IMG/VR virus record: IMGVR_UViG_3300029593_000013
DNA length: 44,487 nt
Reading direction: 5' to 3' (one strand)
From: a virus
Part shown: piece by piece, positions 24,530 through 31,593 of the stretch
How positions within the stretch are numbered: position 1 is the stretch's first letter
How the letters are laid out: each line of letters starts with the position of its first letter
Program-made: the position numbers and the translations under genes
Notes under the pieces: generated by a model
Databases searched by the model: none
What the model was told of the DNA's origin: nothing
Seen by the model: the letters and a program-made list of their open reading frames with translations, nothing else

Positions 24530-26203
24530 TTAAGGCAGGGAATATCTTTGTGTTTGCACCAGCAGGAACCCGATAAAAGTTATCGTGGGGTTCGGATGAG
24601 TTGCGTCTGGTGAACCAGAGGCCATCAAATCCGAACACATTTCTCCGCCGGAAGGGGGAGAACCGGCAGGGACCTTATAGGTTTTTTCCGGCAGTCCGGT
24701 GATATTGAATGCCGTTTTGATGGTAATTCCATCCGGGCCATCGTCCCAGACCGTAACGGAGTTTACAAGCAGGTCAAGCAGCATTGCCGTCTGATCTCCA
24801 ACGGCGGCGACCTTATCCCGGACCTTTTCCAGCCAGAATACCACCTTATCCTTTGTCAGGCGTACAGTGTTGCCTTCCTCTTTGACGAGTTCCGATTGCA
24901 AGGCTTTCGTCTGGGCTTCCAGCTCGGCAATGCGGGAGATCAGGTAGCTGGACGTTGCGCCGGATGCCTCGATTGCTGCGGTCAGGTTCCTGATCTTCGT
25001 TTCGTTTTCCTTGATTTCTTTTTGCAAGGCCGGGGCTTTTGACGTGGCTCTGTATGCCTCCTCAGACTGCTTTTCGGCCATGGTGGCGATATGGTCTATC
25101 ACTTCGTCCGTCAGCATGGCACGGGCCTGTTCTGCAACAATTCCTTCGATCCAGTCTTTTTGCAGATTCTTTTTCCGGCAGCCCTTACCACGCTTTTTAC
25201 TGTAGCAAGCGTAGTAATGATAAATCCGGCCCTGCTTGCCACGCCCGGACTCTCCGAACATATTGCTTCCACAGTGGCCACAAAAAATCTTTTGAGACAG
25301 CAGGTACGGGACCTTGGCCTTTGCTTTGGCCGGGGCTTCTGCTACCTGCTTTAATTTTTTTTGCACGGCATCAAACAGCTCCTTATCGATGATTGGCGGG
25401 ATAACATCCTCGGTGTAAACATCCCCGTACCGGCATATCCCGATATACTTTTTGTTTGCCATGATTCGGCTGAACGTGGACCCCCGGAACTCCATATTGT
25501 GCTGTGTCCGGTAGCCACGGGCGTTCAGGTCCCGCATGATGGCCGTGGCGGTCTCACCGGCGGCGTACCGCTCAAACATCTCCTTGACGATGGGCGCATA
25601 TACCGGGTCCAACTCAAGCCGCTTATTGACGGACTTATATCCCAATGGGATAACCCCGCCGGTGCTGGCCCCCTTTAGGGCCGTCTCCCGCATTCCACGC
25701 TTGACTTTTTGGGACAGTTCGGCGGAGTAGTATTCCGCCATTCCTTCCAGTAGGGATTCCAGGATAACGCCTTCTGGGTTTTTGCTGATGTTTTCCTTGG
25801 CGGATTCCACGGTGCAGCCGTTTTTCCGAAGGCGCATCCGGGCAATGGCGGCATCCTCCCGGCGGCGGGCGAAGCGATCCAGTTTCCAGACCAGGACGAT
25901 GGTCCATTCAGACCGTGCGCTGTCCGTCAGCATCTGCTGGAACGCCGGGCGCTTTTCCATGCTGGCGTGGGCCGAGATTGCCCGGTCCACATATACGGCG
26001 GCGCACCGGTAGCCCATCCTCTTGCAAAAATCAAGAAGGTCCCGAAGCTGGCCCTCAATGGATTGCTCCGTCTGCTTGTCGGATGAGTACCGCAAGTAAA
26101 AGCAGCAGACGGTCTCGCACCCGGAATCCAGGGCCTCCGGGCAGCCGTCGAATAGTGTTCTTTCCGCCGGTGTCAGGGCGGACAAATCAATCTGCATTTT
26201 CAT
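24530..26203 (-). CDS. int: large serine recombinase (phage integrase)
   Basis: 557 aa. Resolvase-type N-terminal domain (YLRYSSDKQ...SIEGQ...VWKLDRFARR), recombinase domain, and zinc ribbon CGHCGSNM...YYACYSKKRGKGC followed by a coiled coil. Confidence 0.9.
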   Translation of the reverse strand: MKMQIDLSALTPAERTLFDGCPEALDSGCETVCCFYLRYSSDKQTEQSIEGQLRDLLDFCKRMGYRCAAVYVDRAISAHASMEKRPAFQQMLTDSARSEWTIVLVWKLDRFARRREDAAIARMRLRKNGCTVESAKENISKNPEGVILESLLEGMAEYYSAELSQKVKRGMRETALKGASTGGVIPLGYKSVNKRLELDPVYAPIVKEMFERYAAGETATAIMRDLNARGYRTQHNMEFRGSTFSRIMANKKYIGICRYGDVYTEDVIPPIIDKELFDAVQKKLKQVAEAPAKAKAKVPYLLSQKIFCGHCGSNMFGESGRGKQGRIYHYYACYSKKRGKGCRKKNLQKDWIEGIVAEQARAMLTDEVIDHIATMAEKQSEEAYRATSKAPALQKEIKENETKIRNLTAAIEASGATSSYLISRIAELEAQTKALQSELVKEEGNTVRLTKDKVVFWLEKVRDKVAAVGDQTAMLLDLLVNSVTVWDDGPDGITIKTAFNITGLPEKTYKVPAGSPPSGGEMCSDLMASGSPDATHPNPTITFIGFLLVQTQRYSLP

Positions 26204-26777
26204 GTTCTTTCCTCCGAAGTCTCTTTTTAATTATTGTCTGTCCGATAAACAGGCAAATCCCGATGATTGCCAATGCCGCCAGATACACCCACATATTGAT
26301 ACCGTCGGCCCGGATAAGGCCAATCGTGGGATGCTGGGCATCCAGAACAACATAGGCCATCAGGGCCATGGCCAGGATGATGCACAGGCTTGTAAGGCCG
26401 TAAATGACCGGCTTCCGTTCCCGGATGCCTCCCTCCACCAGCTTGCTGCGCTCTTGCAATAAATCAATCTGTTTGCTGCGTTCTCGCAGCAGTTCCTCTT
26501 TGTGGGCGACCTCCGCTTGCAGAGAGCGTATTTTTTCGCCGGAGGAATCCGGCTCCTCCGGAAGGGAAATGCCCATCAGGGCATCCATGGAGAGGCCCAG
26601 AACCTCGCATATAGCGGCAAGATAAAACGCATTTGGGTTTCCGTTGCATCCGGAGGCCAGCAGTTTATTTACCGTAGACTGCGGCACATTGGCGGCATCG
26701 GCCAGCTGCTGATTGGTAAAACCGCTTATCCGCTTTGCGTCCCGGATTGTTTGCACAACATCATCATAGTCATTCAT
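26187..26777 (-). CDS. membrane-anchored XRE-family HTH protein (HTH + coiled coil + 2 C-terminal TM helices)
   Basis: The HTH is FTNQQLADAANVPQSTVNKLL and the TM segments are VIYGLTSLCIILAMALMAYVVL and MWVYLAALAIIGICLFIGQTII. The stop overlaps the integrase start by 17 nt. Confidence 0.75.
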   Translation of the reverse strand: MNDYDDVVQTIRDAKRISGFTNQQLADAANVPQSTVNKLLASGCNGNPNAFYLAAICEVLGLSMDALMGISLPEEPDSSGEKIRSLQAEVAHKEELLRERSKQIDLLQERSKLVEGGIRERKPVIYGLTSLCIILAMALMAYVVLDAQHPTIGLIRADGINMWVYLAALAIIGICLFIGQTIIKKRLRRKEHENAD

Positions 26778-26926
26778 ACAAATTCCTTTCCTTCGACAAA
26801 ATGATTGAATCAATTCGCTATGAGAAACAGTTTTCACTTTTTCGCAGTCGATTTTACCCTCCCGCTGCGGTATGCTGTCCATGCAGCCGGGTAGCGAGGG
26901 AGCGTAGAGGCTTCATCTGGCGGCAG

Positions 26927-26956
26927 GCCCGGCCATCTGTGGCACGGTGGCCGGGC
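26927..26956. repeat. GC-rich perfect 9-bp inverted repeat with a 12-nt spacer (GCCCGGCCA-n12-TGGCCGGGC)
   Basis: Read directly. It lies upstream of the repressor-integrase operon in an otherwise AT-rich spacer. Confidence 0.6.
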
Positions 26957-27046
26957 AATTATAATGTCCGCTTTATTGGACTGAACATATGATAGCATAC
27001 AGACAGTCGAACAGGCGTTCGATAAAGGACGTGACGAAAAACTACC

Positions 27047-27074
27047 TTGATAATTCCGCTGGACATGATAAAAT
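27047..27074 (+). promoter_or_regulatory. candidate promoter (TTGATA-16 nt-TAAAAT)
   Basis: ttgataattccgctggacatgataaaat. Confidence 0.4.
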
Positions 27075-27117
27075 AGAAGCGTAAATCAAACAAAAATTTG
27101 AAATAGGAGGAGTTAAT

Positions 27118-27246
27118 ATGAATACCTGTGGAAAGATCAACGAAGAAAAGTGCAGTGTGCAGCCGTTTTTGAACGGTGAACAAATCGCAGAGGTCATTCA
27201 AAAAGCCATTTGTGATAAATCCCTAACAGTTCAGTCGCAATCGTAA
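27118..27246 (+). CDS. small hypothetical protein (42 aa)
   Basis: AGGAGG RBS 7 nt upstream. Product: MNTCGKINEEKCSVQPFLNGEQIAEVIQKAICDKSLTVQSQS. Confidence 0.45.
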   Translation: MNTCGKINEEKCSVQPFLNGEQIAEVIQKAICDKSLTVQSQS

Positions 27247-27379
27247 ACGCAGCGACGCCATTTTTTGTTGAGTCCGTTGCATCGGCGGGCATCCCAGCAA
27301 CCTTTTGATTTACGTCGTCTGTTATCGCCAAAATCATATCCTTGTCCAGCAGCTTGAGGAAGTCATTAAAGTCTTTCAT
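27194..27379 (-). CDS. small hypothetical protein (61 aa)
   Basis: Internal ATG of ORF 27194..27466 preceded by AAAGGA. Product begins MKDFNDFLKLLDKDMILAITDD. It overlaps the 27118 ORF convergently by 53 nt. Confidence 0.5.
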   Translation of the reverse strand: MKDFNDFLKLLDKDMILAITDDVNQKVAGMPADATDSTKNGVAAFTIATELLGIYHKWLFE

Positions 27380-27480
27380 TTTTCGGTTCCTTTCAAAAAA
27401 GTAGTTGTGGCAAATACCTACCGCCATCATACCACAGTAAAACACCAAAAGCAACAAAAATTTCACAGGAGGGAATAAAA

Positions 27481-27606
27481 ATGTCGGAAAAGCAAAAGGA
27501 CACGGAGAAGGAAAAGTGGCTGGAGCTGCTTCAGCGAATGCTGGAAAGGGCCACGGCCCAACAGGTGAAGGACCTTTACATACTGGCCCTACACATGAAA
27601 TATTAA
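27481..27606 (+). CDS. small hypothetical protein (41 aa)
   Basis: AGGAGGG RBS. Product: MSEKQKDTEKEKWLELLQRMLERATAQQVKDLYILALHMKY. Confidence 0.5.
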   Translation: MSEKQKDTEKEKWLELLQRMLERATAQQVKDLYILALHMKY

Positions 27607-27611
27607 ATGAG

Positions 27612-27654
27612 GAACGCCCCGGAGTCTGTTGAGGAAACGGCTTCCGGGGCGTTC
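27612..27654. terminator. bidirectional terminator (perfect 12-bp stem gaacgccccgga / tccggggcgttc)
   Basis: Read directly. It lies between convergent genes. Confidence 0.75.
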
Positions 27655-27655
27655 T

Positions 27656-28033
27656 TTACTCTTTGGACAATTCCTGAGCGATTTTTTTAATGTATTCTTC
27701 CAGCTTGGGGTATGCTTCGTCCGGCAGCATGGCGAAGGCTTTCACCAGTCGGGCCTTTGCATCGTCGCTGGCCATGATGTCGCCAAAGATGGATTTCAGT
27801 TCTTCCTCCCGGTCCAGGTTCAGGCGCATTTCCCCTTCGCCGGTGCGGAGCCAGGCCTCGCTCACGCCGAAGACACGGCAAATATCCGAGATCGTGCGGT
27901 CGCTGGGTATGCTCTCACCAGATACCATACGGGAGACGTGGGGCTGAGAGACATTTATTTTTTCTGCGAAAGCCGTCTTTGTCATGCCGGATGCCTTTAC
28001 AACCGCTGCGATACGCTCATTGATGGTGCTCAT
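27656..28033 (-). CDS. cI-like XRE-family repressor (125 aa)
   Basis: MSTINERIAAVVKASGMTKTAFAEKINVSQPHVSRMVSG..., AAGGAGGTG RBS. It is divergent from the early promoter. Confidence 0.85.
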   Translation of the reverse strand: MSTINERIAAVVKASGMTKTAFAEKINVSQPHVSRMVSGESIPSDRTISDICRVFGVSEAWLRTGEGEMRLNLDREEELKSIFGDIMASDDAKARLVKAFAMLPDEAYPKLEEYIKKIAQELSKE

Positions 28034-28047
28034 CTGCATCACCTCCT

Positions 28048-28075
28048 TACATTCTGTATTATAGCACACCTCGAA
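28048..28075 (-). promoter_or_regulatory. repressor promoter (TTGACT-16 nt-TATAAT)
   Basis: Minus strand reads TTGACTttttttcgaggtgtgcTATAAT. Confidence 0.65.
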
Positions 28076-28115
28076 AAAAAGTCAAGAAAAATTATGCCTC
28101 ACGCATAAATAGGGC

Positions 28116-28157
28116 TTGACATTATGTTCGGGGCATGATAGAATATGTCCAGAACAT
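28116..28157 (+). promoter_or_regulatory. early rightward promoter (TTGACA-17 nt-TAGAAT) with overlapping operator-like repeats
   Basis: ttgacattatgttcggggcatgatagaat. ATGTTC (28124-29) lies in the spacer and the near-palindrome ATGTCC-A-GAACAT (28145-57) lies at the predicted start site. Confidence 0.7.
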
Positions 28158-28180
28158 GAGAGACACGGGAGGTGAGAACG

Positions 28181-28273
28181 GTGACGGCACTGCAAATCGT
28201 ATCGTTGGTCCTAGGCTGTCTCAGCATTGGCCTGGGTATCGCAACAATGGTGTTAAATCGTTTTCGTGAGTAA
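28181..28273 (+). CDS. 30-aa hydrophobic peptide (first ORF of the early transcript)
   Basis: GTG start after GGGAGGTGA. Product: VTALQIVSLVLGCLSIGLGIATMVLNRFRE. Confidence 0.4.
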   Translation: MTALQIVSLVLGCLSIGLGIATMVLNRFRE

Positions 28274-28287
28274 GGGAGGACAAACAA

Positions 28288-28491
28288 ATGACATGGGTGT
28301 TGATCGCACTCGCTGCAATCGCTGTGCTATGCGGCATCGGGTGGCTTAAAAACGCAATCGCCCTTCGGACGGTGCTTATGTATATGCTCAAACATAGGTA
28401 CACGCTCCCGTCCGAAGAAGAAATGACGGCGTTGTGTAAGTTGGCAATCAGAATGACGCTTGGTTTAAGGAGCGGGAACGACGATGAGTAA
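28288..28491 (+). CDS. small membrane protein (67 aa, N-terminal TM)
   Basis: AAGGGAGGA RBS. Product begins MTWVLIALAAIAVLCGIGWL. Confidence 0.65.
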   Translation: MTWVLIALAAIAVLCGIGWLKNAIALRTVLMYMLKHRYTLPSEEEMTALCKLAIRMTLGLRSGNDDE

Positions 28492-29070
28492 GGCACGGAT
28501 GATGGGAGCGTTCGCTCCCATCCAGAGGCCCCGGCCGGACCGCCGGTGGCAGCAAAAGCAAGGCCTCGGCCCCAAGTTCGGGCCGAAGCCGAAGGTCGAG
28601 AATAACAAAGCCAAAACATAAAGGGCCGGTCCCCGGCCCAAACGTAATGCAGCCTAGGCCGGTTCCAAGCCCGGAGAAATGCAGAGGACGTTGACTGCGG
28701 CGAAAAGAAAGAATCACCTGTGGTTTGGTCACAGATGATTCTCCCCCGGTTTTGTTTGCCGGAATGCGCTGCGCCGAAAGACCGGAGTTTCTGGTCCGGA
28801 AGCTACCCCTGGGCAGCCCACTTCTCCCGGCAGCAAACCAAACTTGCATCCTTGGCGCACCGTTTCACTTCGGCAGTTCCGGTTCTGCCCTTCGCCCTAA
28901 CGCATCACGCCACCTTTGTGGTCCGGTACTGGCGGAAACAAAAGTTGGTTGGATGCTATCATCCCCCATCCTCTTATTTACCCCAATGGGCAACCGGAAC
29001 TATACCACACTTTTCCGCCGCAGTCAACGCAAAAAAAACAAAAAACGGGGCTTTCCCCGAAAATTTATGG
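28492..29070 (+). ncRNA. candidate large structured non-coding RNA or leader (about 580 nt, GC-rich, hairpin-dense)
   Basis: No ORF has an RBS or a plausible translation on either strand. Many local helices are present, for example gatgggagc-gttc-gctcccatc, gggccgg-tcc-ccggccc, ggcctcggccc/gggccgaagcc and gaatcacctgtg/cacagatgattc. Confidence 0.4.
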
Positions 29071-29080
29071 AGGTGTAAAA

Positions 29081-29251
29081 ATGCCCGAAGAAGTCAAGCA
29101 AGTCGCAAAGAGCGCAGCCGAGGCCATTGGCCGAATCCCTGCCGAAAAGGTGGAAATGGCTACCCGGTTCGCCGAGACCTTCGCCGCCGGTCTTGCTACC
29201 GGCATGGCCCTGAACGAGGTCGGAAAGAAGGAGGAGGCGAACAAGGAATGA
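29081..29251 (+). CDS. small hypothetical protein (56 aa)
   Basis: GGAGGTG RBS. Product begins MPEEVKQVAKSAAEAIGRIPAEKVEMATRFAETFAAG. Confidence 0.65.
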   Translation: MPEEVKQVAKSAAEAIGRIPAEKVEMATRFAETFAAGLATGMALNEVGKKEEANKE

Positions 29252-29385
29252 CCCCAGAAGCGGAACTGACCGGAGCCATATATGCGCTCCGGAAGGCGAT
29301 TGAGGCGTTCTACAAGGACCCGCAGAATGAAGCGGATTTTCGCCGCTGGTATCAGGAAAAGTACGGAAAACCATACGAAGAATAA
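29248..29385 (+). CDS. small hypothetical protein (45 aa)
   Basis: ATGA overlap with the upstream gene. Product: MTPEAELTGAIYALRKAIEAFYKDPQNEADFRRWYQEKYGKPYEE. Confidence 0.6.
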   Translation: MTPEAELTGAIYALRKAIEAFYKDPQNEADFRRWYQEKYGKPYEE

Positions 29386-29407
29386 AGAAAAAGGAAGGAA
29401 ATGCAAA

Positions 29408-29863
29408 ATGACAAATCTTGAAAGACGTGTTCTGGCCCTGGAAAAGAAAATGGCCACGCTGACCGCCGGGACGAACGACCCCTACACGCTCCCCGAACCC
29501 AGAGAAGCTGACGAAATCATCAAGGAGATTCTGTTCCGGCTGGGCGTTCCGGCCCATCTGGACGGCTACCGGAACATGGTGGAGGCCATCAAAATCGTGA
29601 TGGATGCCCCAAACATCCCGGTACGCACACTCTATGCTGAAGTAGCGGCAAAAAGCGGGAAATCCTGCTGCATCGACCGGTCCATGCGCCATGCTATCGA
29701 GGTGGCCTGGTCCAGAGGCAATGTGGAGGAGCAGGAGCGCTACTTTGGCAATACGGTGGACCCCAAGCGGGGAATGCCCACGGTAGGCCACTTGGTCTGG
29801 ACCCTGGCCGAGGAAGTCAAGCACATCATGGAGGAGGAACAGCGGAATGCAGTACATCACTGA
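29408..29863 (+). CDS. standalone Spo0A C-terminal (DNA-binding effector) domain protein
   Basis: LGVPAHLDGYRNMVEAIKIVMD...MRHAIEVAWSRGN...FGNTVDPKRGMPTVGHLV matches the Spo0A_C signature (..RAIRHAIEVAWSRG..). There is no receiver domain. Confidence 0.8.
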   Translation: MTNLERRVLALEKKMATLTAGTNDPYTLPEPREADEIIKEILFRLGVPAHLDGYRNMVEAIKIVMDAPNIPVRTLYAEVAAKSGKSCCIDRSMRHAIEVAWSRGNVEEQERYFGNTVDPKRGMPTVGHLVWTLAEEVKHIMEEEQRNAVHH

Positions 29864-30155
29864 CCCAGACATGGAGATGATTTACGAGATCAACGCCCGG
29901 CGCAAGGCCGAGAAGGCCGAGGCCCTGCGGAAGTGTCAGGCCCGTGTGGCCCACGAGAAGGCAAAGCGGGCGTTCTGGCGGACCGTCCGCCGTGCCGCCC
30001 TGGAATGCGGAAGCTGCCTGTGCCTGGCCGGGATGATGGCCGTTTACACGGCACGGGACATGGTTTCCCCGGAGGTCTCCGGTCCTATCGCTCTGGCCTG
30101 TCTCATCGTCGGTGTGTGGCGTGGTGCCATGTACTGGCAGCAGCTTAACAAGTGA
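29847..30155 (+). CDS. hypothetical membrane protein (102 aa)
   Basis: Two hydrophobic segments in the C-terminal half. It overlaps the upstream gene end. Confidence 0.6.
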   Translation: MQYITDPDMEMIYEINARRKAEKAEALRKCQARVAHEKAKRAFWRTVRRAALECGSCLCLAGMMAVYTARDMVSPEVSGPIALACLIVGVWRGAMYWQQLNK

Positions 30156-30164
30156 GGGCGGGGC

Positions 30165-30320
30165 ATGGCGCAGAAGAACGCAAGCCCCACGAAGGAGCAG
30201 GCCAAAGCCATGAAGAAAATCGGGATGAACCCTATGTTTTGGGTGGTCATCCGTGACCTTCCCAAAAGCATGATCGTCCGTCACCGCATCACCGGTGAGG
30301 TCAAGCTGGTAGAAAAATAA
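30165..30320 (+). CDS. small DUF6906-like protein (51 aa)
   Basis: MAQKNASPTKEQAKAMKKIGMNPMFWVVIRDLPKSMIVRHRITGEVKLVEK. It is below the ORF-track cut-off. Confidence 0.55.
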   Translation: MAQKNASPTKEQAKAMKKIGMNPMFWVVIRDLPKSMIVRHRITGEVKLVEK

Positions 30321-30372
30321 AAGCCGCCTCCGGTGGACAAGACCGGAGACGGCAGCATGGGAAGAAAATGCT

Positions 30373-30663
30373 ATGGCTAATTATATCACAACAAACGCCG
30401 AAAAGCAAGAGCGTCTTGCCTACACGGCGAGATTTTTAAGGGAAAGGAACCGCATAGCGATGGAAGATAATTTTGCCCTGTGGCAGCAGCATGAACGGGA
30501 CATGGAGGAATCCCTGACCCGTCGCCCCCAGTGTGAGTGCTGCGGGCAGTACATCCAGGATGACTACACCTGGGAGATTGACGGAGTGCTGTTCTGCCCG
30601 AAGTGTGCGGCGGACAAGTTCCGCCGGGAAACGGAAGACCTGATGGGAGGCTTTGAGGGATGA
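30373..30663 (+). CDS. zinc-ribbon protein (96 aa)
   Basis: CECCGQ...CPKC. Confidence 0.65.
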   Translation: MANYITTNAEKQERLAYTARFLRERNRIAMEDNFALWQQHERDMEESLTRRPQCECCGQYIQDDYTWEIDGVLFCPKCAADKFRRETEDLMGGFEG

Positions 30664-31592
30664 TTCACAAGGTCCATGCCGCCAATGAAGAAGAGTGGCG
30701 GCAGATACGGGCAAAGTCCATCGGCGGTTCCGATGCCGCCGCCATCCTGGGGCTGAACCCTTACAAATCCGCATACGCCCTTTGGATGGAAAAGACCGGC
30801 AAGGTCATTCCGGAGGACGTTTCCGGGAAGGAGGCCGTCCGGCTGGGCAACGACCTGGAAGATTATGTGGCCAAGCGGTTTATGGAGGCCACCGGTAAGA
30901 AGGTCCGGCGGGAGAACAACACCATCTTCCGGGACGATCTGCCTTTTGCCCATGCCAATTACGACCGCCTGGTCGTTGGCGAGAAGGCCGGTCTGGAAAT
31001 CAAGACCACAAACGCCCTGCACCTGAGCAAGTTTAAGAACGGAGAGTTTCCGGCGAACTACTATTGCCAAGCGGTCCACTATCTACTAGTGTCCGGCCTG
31101 GAACGCTGGTACCTGGCAGTCCTGGTCCTCGGTGTTGATTTTAAGGTCTTTACCATCGAACGGGACGAGGACGAGATCGCCGCCCTGGAAGCCGCAGAAC
31201 GTGACTTTTGGGAGATGGTGGAGACGGACACCCCACCGGAATTAGATGGCTCTGTGTCCACGGAGGAAGCCCTGAACGCAGAGTTTCCGCAGAGCGACCC
31301 GGACGAGGAGGTTGACCTGACCAGCAACGCCGCAGACCTGGCGCTGCTGGAAGAATGCGACCGGCAGATCAAGGACCTGGAGGAACGCAAGACCGCTGCC
31401 AAGAACCGCATCATGCAGACCATGGGAACGGCAGAGCGGGGCTATTACGGTGGCTACACCGTCAGCTGGAAGTCTCAGAGCCGGGCGACCTTCGACCGGA
31501 AGAAATGGGAGAAAGACCACGGAGAAATCCCACAGAACTACTTCAAAACTTCGGAAAGCAGAACTTTCCGCTTTAGAAAGGACACAGATTAA
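30660..31592 (+). CDS. YqaJ-type (lambda Exo-like) recombination exonuclease
   Basis: EEWRQIRAKSIGGSDAAAILGLNPYKSAYALWMEKTG is typical of the YqaJ N-terminus. It is syntenic with recT. Confidence 0.85.
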   Translation: MIHKVHAANEEEWRQIRAKSIGGSDAAAILGLNPYKSAYALWMEKTGKVIPEDVSGKEAVRLGNDLEDYVAKRFMEATGKKVRRENNTIFRDDLPFAHANYDRLVVGEKAGLEIKTTNALHLSKFKNGEFPANYYCQAVHYLLVSGLERWYLAVLVLGVDFKVFTIERDEDEIAALEAAERDFWEMVETDTPPELDGSVSTEEALNAEFPQSDPDEEVDLTSNAADLALLEECDRQIKDLEERKTAAKNRIMQTMGTAERGYYGGYTVSWKSQSRATFDRKKWEKDHGEIPQNYFKTSESRTFRFRKDTD

Positions 31593-31593
31593 C

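Noticed and set aside
26959-27201. 80-aa minus-strand ORF
   Set aside because: It has an AT-rich, Phe/Leu/Ser-heavy translation and no RBS. The interval is better explained by a plus-strand promoter and the SD-led 42-aa ORF.
28720-29385. 221-aa plus-strand ORF, and 28725..29078 and 28916..29251
   Set aside because: Only the 3' portions that follow strong RBSs (29081.. and 29248..) look like proteins. The upstream parts run through the hairpin-rich non-coding region with implausible translations.
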